A stretch of 64,000 nt of DNA from an uncultured Acidobacteriota bacterium (GCA_963827655.1 CAWHCF010000036.1:224001-288000); one strand, 5' to 3'. Counted from the first letter of the stretch, positions 30,905 to 42,042 are shown. The notes: a model not told the origin generated them from the sequence alone. A program made the numbers and translations.

Positions 30905-31072
30905 TGAGCGTTCAGTCGAAATGGGACACATGAACGTTTCCTGCGGCGGGAGATCACGCCCAACAATGCGCAACTTGACCTGGTTTTGATAAACACCAGG
31001 CGACTACTCAGGACCAATCGCTAGTCGTCACGTCTAGTTGCCGACGCCGGCTGCGACAGCAGGCGTCCTTTC

Positions 31073-31097
31073 GGTTCGAATCCCAGTCACCCAGCCA
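31073..31097 (+). other. tRNA 3'-end fragment (Gln-like), probable island att site
   Basis: GGTTCGAATCCCAGTCACCCAGCCA (T-loop, acceptor half, CCA) with no 5' half upstream. Confidence 0.7.
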
Positions 31098-31323
31098 CAC
31101 AACGTGCCCTGTGTTTTCAATCACTTCCAACGCAGGGTGATTTCACTATCGAACCCAGCGCGGTAAACGATCAGCAAGCAGCGGTTGCTTCAACTGGCCG
31201 GTTGCTCAACTCAGCGCGGTTGTCCAACCTCTTACCTGCTTCCAACAAAACGGCGGCCTGGCGACGGGGCGATTGATTTCCGGGTTGACATACATAGAAC
31301 ACCAATGTATAAGACTTCTACGT

Positions 31324-31662
31324 ATGGACATGAGTAAGGATTTGGTTGCTGCGTCCGCCACGCCGCTCGTGCTCGCGATCCTTGCCGAAGGCGACAGTTA
31401 CGGCTACGCCATCATCAAGCGAGTGACCGAGTTGTCAGGCGGGCACCTACAGTGGACCGACGGCATGCTCTATCCCGTGCTGCACCGGCTTGAGCGCCAA
31501 GGTTATGTCGCGGCGAAGTGGTCCGCGGCCGAGAACGGCCGCAGGCGTAAGTACTACCGGATCACGAAAGAAGGCCGGGCGCAGCTCGCAGCCCAGCGGC
31601 AGCAATGGAAGGCCGTGGACGGTACCCTGCGGGGGATCTGGATGCAGGCGTGCACAGTATGA
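31324..31662 (+). CDS. PadR family transcriptional regulator
   Basis: YGYAI, GMLYPVLHRLE, RRRKYYRIT. Confidence 0.92.
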   Translation: MDMSKDLVAASATPLVLAILAEGDSYGYAIIKRVTELSGGHLQWTDGMLYPVLHRLERQGYVAAKWSAAENGRRRKYYRITKEGRAQLAAQRQQWKAVDGTLRGIWMQACTV

Positions 31663-33035
31663 CGACCTTCACCGATCAACCGCTCGAGGAGCAAATCGCG
31701 CAGTGGCGGGCGTACTTACGCCGCCGGCAGGGGGTTCACAGTCCCGACGTGGAGGAGCTCGAGGGACATCTGCGCGAACAGCTGACGGCGCTCACCGAGG
31801 CCGGCCTGGCAGCAGAAGAAGCCTTCCTGGTCGCGGTCAAGCGCATGGGCAGCCTCGATGCGCTGTCACGCGAGTTCGCACGCGCGCATTCCGAGCGACT
31901 GTGGAAGCAGTTGGTCATGGCCCCCGACGCTGCCGATGAGTCGGCGAACACCGCACACGCCGAGACGCTCATCGTCCTGAGCCTTGCGGTCGCCGCAGCG
32001 TTGGCCATCAAGGTGCCGGCTCTGTTCGGTCTTCGGCTCAGCCCTGATGAAGAACTGCCGCCTTTCTACGCCCGGAACGCCAGCCTGTTCGTCTTCCCGC
32101 TGCTCACGGTCTACTTCGTGTGGAAGCGCGGGTCGGACGTTGTACGCAGCCTCTGGCTGGCGCTGCCCTTCGCGGCCGGGGCTGTTTTCGCCAACGTCTA
32201 CCCCTTCGGCACGGGCAGCAACACTGAGGTGCTGACCGCTCTGCACTTGCCAATCGCCCTATGGCTGGCCGTCGGCTTCGCGTACGTCCGAAGCCGCTGG
32301 TTCGCCGACGATGGGCGCATGAACTTCGTGCGGTTCTCAGGCGAGCTGGCGATCTACTACGTGCTCATCGCACTCGGCGGGGGCGTTCTGATCGGCTTTA
32401 CGATCATGATGTTCGCATCCATCGGGATGAAGGCTGAGTGGTTGGTCGGGGGCTGGCTGGTCCCGTGCGGGGCGGTGGGAGCCGTCATCATCGGGTCCTG
32501 GCTCGTGGAGGCGAAGAAGAGTGTCATCGAGAACATGGCACCGGTGCTGACCAGGCTGTTCACGCCGCTGTTCACCGTTCTGCTCCTTGTGTTTCTGGCC
32601 ACGATGGCGTGGACAGGCAGCCCCATCAACGTGAAGCGGGAGGTACTGATCGGCTTCGATCTGCTGCTGGCGGTCGTCGTTGGGCTGGTGCTCTACGCCG
32701 CCTCCGCGCGCGACCCGCAGGCACCGCCCGACTTCTTCGACGCCCTGCAACTGCTGCTCGTGGTCAGCGCACTCGTGGTCGATGGCGTGGCGCTCGCGGC
32801 GATCGCAGCCCGCATCTCCGAGTTTGGCTTCACTCCCAACCGAGTGGCGGCTCTTGGCGAGAATCTCATTCTGCTCATCAACCTGGCGTGGACGGCGTGG
32901 CTCTATGCGCGCTTCGTGCGTCACCGGGGCTCGTTTGCCACGCTGGAGCGATGGCAGATCGCCTATCTGCCCGTGTACGCCGTGTGGGCGGCGATCGTCG
33001 TGATCGTGTTTCCGCTGGTATTCGGATACAGGTGA
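31659..33035 (+). CDS. Permease-prefix-domain membrane protein
   Basis: ELEGHL..EEAFLVAVKRMG N-domain plus many transmembrane helices; ATGA overlap with PadR. Confidence 0.85.
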   Translation: MTTFTDQPLEEQIAQWRAYLRRRQGVHSPDVEELEGHLREQLTALTEAGLAAEEAFLVAVKRMGSLDALSREFARAHSERLWKQLVMAPDAADESANTAHAETLIVLSLAVAAALAIKVPALFGLRLSPDEELPPFYARNASLFVFPLLTVYFVWKRGSDVVRSLWLALPFAAGAVFANVYPFGTGSNTEVLTALHLPIALWLAVGFAYVRSRWFADDGRMNFVRFSGELAIYYVLIALGGGVLIGFTIMMFASIGMKAEWLVGGWLVPCGAVGAVIIGSWLVEAKKSVIENMAPVLTRLFTPLFTVLLLVFLATMAWTGSPINVKREVLIGFDLLLAVVVGLVLYAASARDPQAPPDFFDALQLLLVVSALVVDGVALAAIAARISEFGFTPNRVAALGENLILLINLAWTAWLYARFVRHRGSFATLERWQIAYLPVYAVWAAIVVIVFPLVFGYR

Positions 33036-33109
33036 CCGGGTGGCGATATACCCGTTCTCCGCACCGGCCTTCGCGGATGTGGACGGGGATGGGCACCTCG
33101 AATTTCAAC

Positions 33110-33994
33110 ATGTTGCGCAACTTCACCAGGCGAAGTTCGCTGGTAGTCCTGCTGGGAGTGCTGAGCGCTCTTGCGGTGGTACTCGTCGGCAGGTGGCTGA
33201 ACGCGACAAAGCGCGGCGGGCAGGAGCCCGCCGAACCGTTCCGCATCGCCGGCAACCTCTACTACGTCGGCGCGAACGACATCGCGGCTTTCCTCATCAC
33301 CGGGCCCGAGGGCCACGTCGTGCTCGACGGTGGCTATCCCACCACCGCGCCGATGATCATGGCGAGCATCGCGAAGCTCGGCTTCGACATCAAGGACGTC
33401 AAAGTGCTCCTGAACTCGGAGCCGCACCCCGACCATGCGGGCGGGCTGGGGGTGCTCCAGCAGGCGTCCGGTGCCGAGCTGTGGGCCAGCGAAGCGAGCG
33501 CGGACGCCATCGCCTCCGGCGGCGACGACCCCGACATCGTCCTGCCGTTGAGGGCCCTCATCCGGATCGGGATCCTCGGCTACCCGGCCACGCGCGTCGA
33601 CCACCGGTTCAAGGACGGCGACACGATCCGTGTCGGGCCGATCGCGCTCACCGCGCACGTCACGGGCGGCCACACGCGCGGCTGCACCTCGTGGTCGTTC
33701 CCCGTCCGCGACGGTGACCGCGTGCTGAACGTCGTGAGCGCCTGCAGCCTGGTGGTGCTGCAGGGGATGCGGTATCCAGAACAAGGGGCCGACCTCGAGC
33801 GCAGCTTCCGCGTGCTGCGGAGCCTCCCCGCCGACATCTGGGTGACCTCGCATGCGAGACAGTGGGGCAGGTACCGCAAGTTCGCCGCACGCGCCACCGC
33901 GAAGAACCCGGTGGACCCGTTCATCGACCCCGAGGGCTACCGCGCCTACATCGACGCCGCCGAGACGGAATTCCGCCAAGGGGTTGTGCACTAG
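33110..33994 (+). CDS. Subclass B3-like metallo-beta-lactamase, ExHxDH variant
   Basis: PFRIAGNLYYVG, LLNSEPHPDHAGG, GHTRG, TSH. Confidence 0.88.
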   Translation: MLRNFTRRSSLVVLLGVLSALAVVLVGRWLNATKRGGQEPAEPFRIAGNLYYVGANDIAAFLITGPEGHVVLDGGYPTTAPMIMASIAKLGFDIKDVKVLLNSEPHPDHAGGLGVLQQASGAELWASEASADAIASGGDDPDIVLPLRALIRIGILGYPATRVDHRFKDGDTIRVGPIALTAHVTGGHTRGCTSWSFPVRDGDRVLNVVSACSLVVLQGMRYPEQGADLERSFRVLRSLPADIWVTSHARQWGRYRKFAARATAKNPVDPFIDPEGYRAYIDAAETEFRQGVVH

Positions 33995-34099
33995 CCGCGA
34001 CACCGCGCCTCGGTGTGGTGGAAGCTGCGCCCGGGTCTGCGCAGCATCAAGTCGATGCGGAAGCCGGATCCTGGTGCCGAAGGAACAGCTCGGACACCT

Positions 34100-34448
34100 G
34101 CAGTTCTCGACGGTCGAGTCGTCGGCAGCCATCGAGGCTGCTACAGATCCGCACATCTCGCTTTCCATCGGCGGTCGCGCTCAAGATCTGGCGGGACGCC
34201 GGCGCGAAGCACTGACGGCTCTCGACGAGCTTCGTCGGCTCGCCGGCCCGCAGGACCCTTCACCCTTCCTCGTGGCGCTTGTCTACACCGGTCTGGAGGA
34301 CAACGACCACGCGTTCGAGTGGCTCGGAAAGGCGATTGACGCGCGGGCATGGGAGATGCCCATGCTGAAGGCCAGCCCGATCTTCGACAGGCTTCGCTCG
34401 GATCCCCGTTTCCCTGCGTTGCTCGCCCGCGTCGGTCTTGCACGCTAA
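34100..34448 (+). pseudogene. C-terminal TPR remnant of a kinase/adenylate-cyclase-type protein
   Basis: ALVYTGL..AFEWLGKA..FDRLRSDPRF..LLARVGL; no start codon. Confidence 0.65.
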
Positions 34449-35181
34449 CTTGGATGTCGGTGGTTCCCTGTTCGATGAGAACCGGCTTTTCGAGCGCGGC
34501 GATCTGCGTCGCGGATCATAGCGGAACCACGAGATCAGGTAGGGTTGGACGCTCGCACGGAACAGAGCCGCAAGTTGAGCGGGAATCATCTCAACCGTTT
34601 TTCCCCTCAGACAGGCTCTTGAGGATCTCATTCGCCTGGTTCTGGAGATCGGGCGGCGCGGCCTTGAGCTGTTCTCGAATCACATCCTGCGCCGGACGGC
34701 CCGCGCCGGCAATCGAGACAAATCCGTCGGCGTTCGCTTTCTTTGCCGCCGCCATCCCGATCAGGGAGCCCTCGCTGTGTCCGATGATCGTCAGGAAGGA
34801 GAAGCGGCGGTCCCCGCGCAGCCTATTGCACCATTCCACGGCATCATCAATATACGTATCGAAGCGTAGATTCCCCTCCGGCACTTTCGTGCTCTCCCCG
34901 ACGCCTTTCTTGTCATAGCGCAGCGACGCAATCCCGCTGGCCGCAAGCTCTTCGGCCAGTTTCTTCAGGCCGTCATTCTTCCCGGGCAACGCCACGGAGT
35001 TCCCATCCCGATCCGTGGGCCCGGAACCGGCGATGATCAACGCCACGGGATGTGGGCCGGAACCCTCCGGCAGAAGTAATGTGCCAGCTACTTTTCCGCT
35101 CGACGTTTCCAGGACAACCGGTTCAGAGGTTGAAACCAGCGCCACCGCTACGACGCCACCAAGAAAGGCTTTCCATTTCAT
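34434..35181 (-). pseudogene. Alpha/beta hydrolase, frameshifted and C-terminally truncated
   Basis: AGSGPTDRDGN, GHSEG; continues in shifted frames WFRYDP..PVLIEQGTTDIQVSVQD, then is lost. Confidence 0.75.
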
Positions 35182-35544
35182 TGCGCGACCGCCTGTTCCT
35201 GTGGTCATTGGAATGTCCAATCCGCGCCGGCGCCCGCTCCAAAAAAGCTTGCCTGACCGGCGAAAACAGTCCAATCCGAGTATAAGGGCCTTCGCGACCA
35301 CCGGTAGGGCGTTTTGTATTGATCAATGTGCCGGTGTAAATGTCTGCTCAGAATTCCACCCTTTCGCTTGCTGCCGTTCCCCGCTCGGCGCTTACCGCTG
35401 AAATTTTCTGGGCCTGTTCAAGTTTTAAGCTTCAATTCGCGCATTCATGAGCGAGGGGGCGAGAGACCGGCTGCACAGGAGCCGGCCGGCAGCTCCCAAA
35501 TCGGAAACCTGAACATTCGATCCAGACTCGGAAAAGGAGGGATC

Positions 35545-37035
35545 ATGAAGCGTCCCAACACGCTGATCAAAGCAGTCTGCGCCGCCATCCTGGTGGCTGC
35601 CGGTTTAGCCTATACCAGTGTCCGGTTGGAGTTCCCAGCGCAGACTCCTGGTCCTCCGTCGTACAGCACCATTGAACCAGGATTCATCCCACATACGGAT
35701 GATTGGGCTGCAGCGCCCTTGGTGCGGCAGACTGCTCGCGTCCCTTCGAACTTCAACCTACTTGATTTCGCTGATCGAACCCCGGCTTTTCCAGGTGGCT
35801 TGCCGCGCTTGCTTCTGGGCGATCTGACCGTAGAGGGACATGCGATTTTCAGGAATGCCCCTCCCCCTGTCGCAGGGCCGTATGACGACGCGATCGGGCA
35901 GGAAACCAGCAGCAGTACCGTCGAGCAGACCCTCTGCCTGGATTGCGATCCCACGCTGTCGGATGCGTCCGCCCGCCTCCGAGCGGGTCGGCATCTCTTC
36001 GACGTGGAGAGGTTCGGCGGCAATGGCCGCACGTGCCGGACCTGCCACAGTAACCGGACCGGCACGTTCTCGCCGGAGGATGCGCTCGCGCGTCTGGCCG
36101 AAGACCCGAACGACGCGCTCTTCCTTCACGACGGTCTCGACGATGGAGTTGCTGGAACGACCCGGATAACCAAACACGCGACGATCCGGATCGAGATCCC
36201 GCTGCCTCCGGATGTGGTTCTGGTGGGCGATCCGACCCGCAGGAGCGTGATCCTCAACCGAGGGACGCCCACGACGATCAACACGCCCGCGCTCGATCCC
36301 ATGCTGATGTACGACACCCGCGAGCCGAACCTGCTGACGCAGGCGTTCAACGCCATCCGCGATCATGCGCAAAATACACGGGAGCCCACGGCGCTGGAGC
36401 TCGATCTCATCAAAGAGTTCCAGCAGACGGATTCGCGCTTCTTCTCCTCTGAGGCGCTTCAAGATTTTGCGAACGGCGGTCCTCCGCCGCAGCTCCCGCC
36501 TGGCACGACGGAATCCGAACGGCGCGGGCGTGCGATGTTCGACAACGTTCCTTTCGATAGGGTGACGACGCGGGGCCTCTGCAACACGTGTCACTCCGGG
36601 CCGATGCTGAACCGATTCGCCCCGGGCAATTCTTTTGGGCTGCCTCCTGGTGGTCTCCGTGGCAGCATAGGAGTCTCAGAGCGGAATCTGATCGGCAACC
36701 CGGTCTATTCGTTCATCGTCACGAATCAGGACGGAAGCGTCGTCGCGATCGCACCCACGCCCGACCCGGGCGCGATGCTGAACGATCCGCCGCCGAGCGC
36801 GCCGCCTGGAGTACCGACACCGCCGAGGTCCTTCTTCGCGAACCTGTTCAAAATCCCGCCACTGTGGGGTATAAAAAATACTGCTCCGTACTTCCACGAC
36901 AACTCCGCTAAGACACTCGAGGATGTCGCGGAACATTACGCCTTCTTCTTTTTGAACAGTCCAAGCACACGAGGCTTCGTGTTCACGGCGCAGGATCAAG
37001 CCGACATGGTGGCATTCCTGAAGCTGCTCCGTTGA
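35545..37035 (+). CDS. Di-heme cytochrome c peroxidase/MauG-like protein
   Basis: CRTCH, CNTCH, FKIPPLWG..TAPYFHDNSA; AGGAGG RBS. Confidence 0.8.
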   Translation: MKRPNTLIKAVCAAILVAAGLAYTSVRLEFPAQTPGPPSYSTIEPGFIPHTDDWAAAPLVRQTARVPSNFNLLDFADRTPAFPGGLPRLLLGDLTVEGHAIFRNAPPPVAGPYDDAIGQETSSSTVEQTLCLDCDPTLSDASARLRAGRHLFDVERFGGNGRTCRTCHSNRTGTFSPEDALARLAEDPNDALFLHDGLDDGVAGTTRITKHATIRIEIPLPPDVVLVGDPTRRSVILNRGTPTTINTPALDPMLMYDTREPNLLTQAFNAIRDHAQNTREPTALELDLIKEFQQTDSRFFSSEALQDFANGGPPPQLPPGTTESERRGRAMFDNVPFDRVTTRGLCNTCHSGPMLNRFAPGNSFGLPPGGLRGSIGVSERNLIGNPVYSFIVTNQDGSVVAIAPTPDPGAMLNDPPPSAPPGVPTPPRSFFANLFKIPPLWGIKNTAPYFHDNSAKTLEDVAEHYAFFFLNSPSTRGFVFTAQDQADMVAFLKLLR

Positions 37036-37206
37036 CCATGATGCTGACTGGGAGTGTTGCAGGCCCGATGCAGGACCCGGTTCCGCGGCCTTTTCGAACG
37101 GAGCCAGGCGCCAGGGCCACTGAGAAGAGAATTCGGAGCCGGGGCCGATCCCACCAAGCAGGTCGGTCCCTCCTCTCTTCTGGGCATGCAGCAGAAGAGA
37201 CAACCG

Positions 37207-40000
37207 CTACCAATCGGAGAAGTCCGCCCGCCAAAGCTCGTGGCGTCCCTGGTTGAACCGGACGAACACCACTTCGTCATGGGACGAGACGTCGTAAAAG
37301 GTTCCGATTGGGTGCAGCGGCCGTAACTCCCCGATCCGCCTCTCGCCACTCCCGTTAGCAGCGATGCACCAGAGTTCTTTACCGTCCCTGGAGCTGCCAG
37401 TGCGCAGAAAATAAATCAACGATTCGTCACGAGACCACTCGGCGTTATAGCCCCTGCGTGACATTTCGGCAACTGAAAGGGTCTAGCGCGCAGATCACGA
37501 CATCGCCGGGCACATAACGCGGATTGGCAGAGTTGTCTGTTGCCAGGAGTGACTTGCCGTTCCTGGACCACCGTGGGTAGCGCAGCGGCAAAGGAAGAAC
37601 CTGCTCCTGCCCGGTTTGAACGTTGTGGATGACGGCGCCGGAGATCGTCCCCTTTTCGATCCTCGAATAGACAATGAACTTTTCCGAATGATCGATCTCT
37701 GCGCTGAAATGAGTACCCCAATGCCAGCCCGCAGCGATCTGCGAACTCGGTCCGCCGCTGAGTGGGATTCTCCGAAACGAGGCGGTCGGATGGTGCTGGT
37801 AGAAATACAGGGCACTGCCGTCAGGCGACCAACGGGGCATGATATTACGCTCGCCCTTTCCGTGCGTGACGCGCGTCAGGTTGCCTCCTTCGATGTTGAT
37901 CGTGCAAACCTGGGTGTCGCCATTTTCCACAATGGCGAAGAATGCGATCTTGTCCTGCAGAGGGGAGAACGAGGGAGCGGTGATGGCGTATCGGGACTCC
38001 CACAGGTTTCGCATCAGCCCGGTGGACGGATTCCAGAGTGTGAGAACATAGCTATTCCGTGTATTGGTATAGATCAGGCTGCGCCCGTTGGCAGAGATGT
38101 CGGGCTCGGTATCCTCGCCGGCGCCCTGCAGCACGGATTCCGGCGTGCCACCGGCGCTTGGGACTCTCCACAGCGTCCTGCTTCCGCCTCGCATCGATGA
38201 GAAGACGACGAACCGTCCATCCGGAGTCCACACCGGCGTACCGCCTAGGTGGTCATCGAAGGTCAGTTGCTTCGCTCTTCCACCATTTGAGGGAATCAAC
38301 CAGACGTCCCCAGGCGGTCCCTTTCCGCATTGAAAGAAGGCGAGGTGCGATCCATCCGGCGAATACGCCGGCATCCGGTCGGCAAGGAGCAGGTCCGCTT
38401 GTGGAATGCCCTCGACCCTTCGCTGATCGCTTCCGTCGGGCGTGGCGGTCCACACCTGGTCGTCTACCTCATAGACAAGCCGGCTTCCGTCGCGTGCCCA
38501 GTTCGGATTACGCCCCCTTTCGATAATCTTCCGCGGGGTTCCGCCCAGAGGCGGCACTGTCCAGATGCTCTGCTCCCAGTCTGTGCCGCGGGTGAAGACA
38601 ATCTGGTCATTCCTGGGCGACCAGCGCGGCCGGTGCGCGGGAACATCTTCGGAAGTAATCGGAATCGGATCACCCTGGGCCAGGTTCTTGATCCAAACCT
38701 GTGGAACGCCTGCCACGTCATTGATGAAGGCGATCATGCTGCCGTCCGGCGAGAAGCTCGCCTCTTGGTGCGAACCGGAAAAAGTCGAGATGAGACGCTG
38801 CTGCGGTTGACCAGGATGAGATACTTGCCACGGTGACAACAGCAGCAGCACAGTCGCGGCTGACAACAGGATGGCGAGCGCCAGAATTAAAGGGCGATAT
38901 GGCCGGGCTCGCCAGGCCGCGTGCCAGGGCAACGTCGCAGTTTCGGGACCACTCAAGACGGCCCTCAGAGCCTGCGCCAGGTCACGGGCCCCCTGGAACC
39001 GGTTCGCAGCGTTCTTCTGGAGGCAACGGCTGACAATCTTGCCGAGCGCCGGAGGAATGTCCTTCTTCAGGTCGGTCAGTGCCGGAGGCTCGTCCTTGAG
39101 GATCGCAGCCAGGGTCTCCGCTGTGGTTGCGTGAGAAAATGGGCTGCGGCCGGAGAGCATCTCGTACAGCACGCACCCTAATGAGAAAATGTCACTCGGC
39201 GCTTCGATGGTTTCGCCCCTCACTTGCTCCGGTGACATATATCCCGCGGTGCCCAGAACACGTCCCGGTTCGGTGGCCGTAGTAACCGGCTGTACCGCGG
39301 GGCGTGCTTTGACGCGTGCAATCCCGAAGTCGACGATTTTTATCTGGCCGTCTGTGGTGAGAAAGATGTTGGCCGGTTTCAGGTCGCGATGGATGATCCC
39401 TTTTTCATGTGCCGCCGCCAGACCCTCGGCGATCTCCACGCCGACATCGGTGGCCTGGCGCCACGCGAGCGGCCCGCGCGCCAGCCGGCTGCCGAGGTCT
39501 TCCCCGTCGAGCAACTCCATCACCGCGTACGTGATCCCCTGCTCACTTCCGAAATCGTGAATTGCCAGGATACCGGGGTGCGAAAGAGCAGCCACCGCAC
39601 GCGCTTCGCTCTTGAAGCGCGCGACAGCCTCTGGACTATGCGCGAGGTGCTCCGGAAGGACTTTGATCGCCACGTCGCGATCGAGACGCATGTCTCGGGC
39701 CCGATAAACCTGGCCCATGCCGCCTGCCCCTAGCAGCGACAAAACCTCATAAGGGCCGAGATTCCGTCCCGCTAGAGACGCTGTTCGGTCCTCCGCGTCC
39801 AAGCGGGAGGCCACGTCGAGCGCGGACTCGTCGAGGAAGGATCCCGCTCGCGCGTCGACCCGGAGCAGGGTCAGGACTTCGTGATGCAGTGCCTCGTCAC
39901 CGGCGCATACTTCCTTGAGAAAGGCGTCACGTTCGTCCGGCTGCAGTTCCAGGGCGTCGTGATAGAGCCGTTCGACCTGGTGCCAGCGCTCAGGATTCAT
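37207..40000 (-). CDS. Ser/Thr protein kinase with TM and TolB/PD40 propeller; +1 indel at 37451-37454
   Basis: GAGGMGQVY, HRDLKPAN, DFG, YMSPEQ, SPDG repeats; C-terminus continues in ORF 37207-37464. Confidence 0.92.
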
Positions 40001-40596
40001 TTCCGGTCGTCGCCATTCTCGTGTGGGTTGAGTTCGTGGAGAAGCCAGGACCTGGCCAGCCGCCAGTCGCGCATGACTGTGTCGGCGGAAACTTTCAGGA
40101 TCTCCGCGGTTTCATCCACGCTTAGGCCGCCGAAGAAGCGCAGCTCGATTACCTCGCTCTTGCGCCGATCGATGGTCGCGAGGGCCTGCAGAGCATCATC
40201 GAGAGCGACCAAATCGGGCCCTTTTTCATGCGAAAACGTAGATGCCTCTTCGAGTGGCACGTGGCGGGCTTCTCCCCCGCGCCTGATGTAGTTGCGCGAG
40301 CGCGCATAGTCGACCAGTATGCGGCGCATCAGCCGCGCCGCTATCGCGAAGAAGTGGGCCCGGTTCTGCCAGCTCAAGCTGCGGGTGTCAATCAGGCGCA
40401 TGTAGGCCTCGTGTACCAGAGCGGTGGTCTGCAGCACGTGCCCGCGCTGCTCCTTCCTCAGGTAGCGCCGGGCCCGCCGATGCAGCTCGTCGTAAACCAA
40501 TGGGGTCAACTTATCGAAGGCTTCCTGATCGCCGTTGCTCCACGCAACCAGAAGTCGCGTTATTTCTTTCGGGGAGGGAAGTTTCTTCGATACCAT
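39997..40596 (-). CDS. ECF sigma factor (TIGR02999-like, kinase-associated)
   Basis: LQTTALVHEAY, NRAHFF, LRFFGGL, RDWRLAR; overlaps the kinase start. Confidence 0.93.
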   Translation of the reverse strand: MVSKKLPSPKEITRLLVAWSNGDQEAFDKLTPLVYDELHRRARRYLRKEQRGHVLQTTALVHEAYMRLIDTRSLSWQNRAHFFAIAARLMRRILVDYARSRNYIRRGGEARHVPLEEASTFSHEKGPDLVALDDALQALATIDRRKSEVIELRFFGGLSVDETAEILKVSADTVMRDWRLARSWLLHELNPHENGDDRK

Positions 40597-40815
40597 CTTC
40601 AGCAGAACCGCGTTTTACGTGGTTTCCAATATTATAGTGCCCGCACCATACTCCTTTCTTGTTTATTTTGTGTGCGCGGATCCTCCAAGAAGTGATAGGG
40701 CGGTCCGTCGATCCGCGAGCCACTTGGACGAGTGTCGGCTAATCGGAAACTGACAACAGACTGAGCAAAATGCCTTGTGAGTCTTCCATCGGTATCCCCT
40801 GCGTATGAGTGCCTC

Positions 40816-41460
40816 TTATTTCAGCGATTGTCCTGCAGGCGGAATAAAGATGAAGTACGAACCCGGAGAATCATCGACTGTCTGCATTATCTTAAAGTCT
40901 TTCAGACCGGCATTCTCCAGGATTTTCGTTAGAGCGTCGGCAACTCTCTCATTGCTCAGATCGATCGTCACCAGCTTGCTCTCAGAAGCGGTCTCCCCGA
41001 AAAGACTGTACCCAACGGCAGCAAATTTGAAAACGTCCTCCAATACAAATCTCAAAGGAACGTTTTCAAACCGCATGTTGGATCGCATGCGTTTATCAAG
41101 CCCGCTCATCAACGGAGTCGAGCGAGATGACAGGCCCGAGGTCTCGAGTTTTGCCAATGGTTCGATTACGAGTTGGCCATTCTCAACGCGCCAGCCACAG
41201 CGGATGCTTTCGCAAATTACGTCGAGGGCTGTTTGTTGGGTCACGCCGTGGGCCCGTACCGTAATCATCTGACTTACTTGTTTATCCAGAGCTACCTCAC
41301 AATTCAGGTCTCGTGCCAGCATCCCAAATACTTCCAACGGGTCGGCGCCTGCAAAGGCAATGGAGACTCGTTTTTGTGGATTCACCTGAGGCGATGCCGA
41401 TGCAAGGCTCATCAAGAGGGGGATGACCAAAAATACAGTTGGACCAATTGTTCCCTTCAT
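40816..41460 (-). CDS. Secreted protein with STN/secretin N-like domains
   Basis: Signal peptide and two repeats (VSIAF..ALDVIC; FENVPLRFVL..ALTKIL). Confidence 0.6.
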   Translation of the reverse strand: MKGTIGPTVFLVIPLLMSLASASPQVNPQKRVSIAFAGADPLEVFGMLARDLNCEVALDKQVSQMITVRAHGVTQQTALDVICESIRCGWRVENGQLVIEPLAKLETSGLSSRSTPLMSGLDKRMRSNMRFENVPLRFVLEDVFKFAAVGYSLFGETASESKLVTIDLSNERVADALTKILENAGLKDFKIMQTVDDSPGSYFIFIPPAGQSLK

Positions 41461-41560
41461 TTCATCTGCCTCCATGAGTACAGGCACCAGGTGCGGCCCT
41501 CAGAAGTGAGCTCGGGCGACGGGGACGGGCATCTTAGGATACGGGAGCATTCCAGCCTAG

Positions 41561-41800
41561 TCACGGCTCTTGAGGATTTGGTGTTGAGTTTTTCTCTCTG
41601 ATTTTTTGCATCCGAGCTTTCATTGCATCCGCCTCAGCAAAGCGGCGACTTTCCTGAAGGAGCCCAGCATAGTACTGCAGGGGTTGCAAGCAGGTTGGAA
41701 TCCTCCGGTCCATATTCACTTTCCAAAGCCTCGAGACATATTTTATAGAGATTCTCCGCTTCCGCGAGTCGCCCCTGCCTGCGATATGCCACGCACAGAT
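41561..41800 (-). pseudogene. TPR (kinesin-light-chain-like) protein fragment
   Basis: QGRLAEAENLY..YGPED and YAGLL..RFAEA in different frames. Confidence 0.5.
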
Positions 41801-42042
41801 TGTTCGCAGAGAACACGATTGCGCGGATATCCGTGGAGCCTTCGCGACCGTAAGCTTCACCGCTCCATTTGCGGAGACCGGCCCGGCGGTGTTATACCTG
41901 AAGCACGCAGGTATGTGAGCCACGCGATTGCGGAGGCATCGCATGTTCCTCTGCAACCTGGCACCGCAGGAACCGTATCGCAGATAACGGGCGAGTGCCC
42001 TCGATCAGCGGCATTCTGAGTTGTTTCTCGTCGCCGCGACAT

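Noticed and set aside
31020-31097. Complete tRNA gene
   Set aside because: No matching 5' acceptor strand, D-arm or anticodon arm is present.
32438-33109. N-terminal extension of the 518-aa ORF
   Set aside because: It overlaps the permease in another frame; the lactamase starts near 33110.
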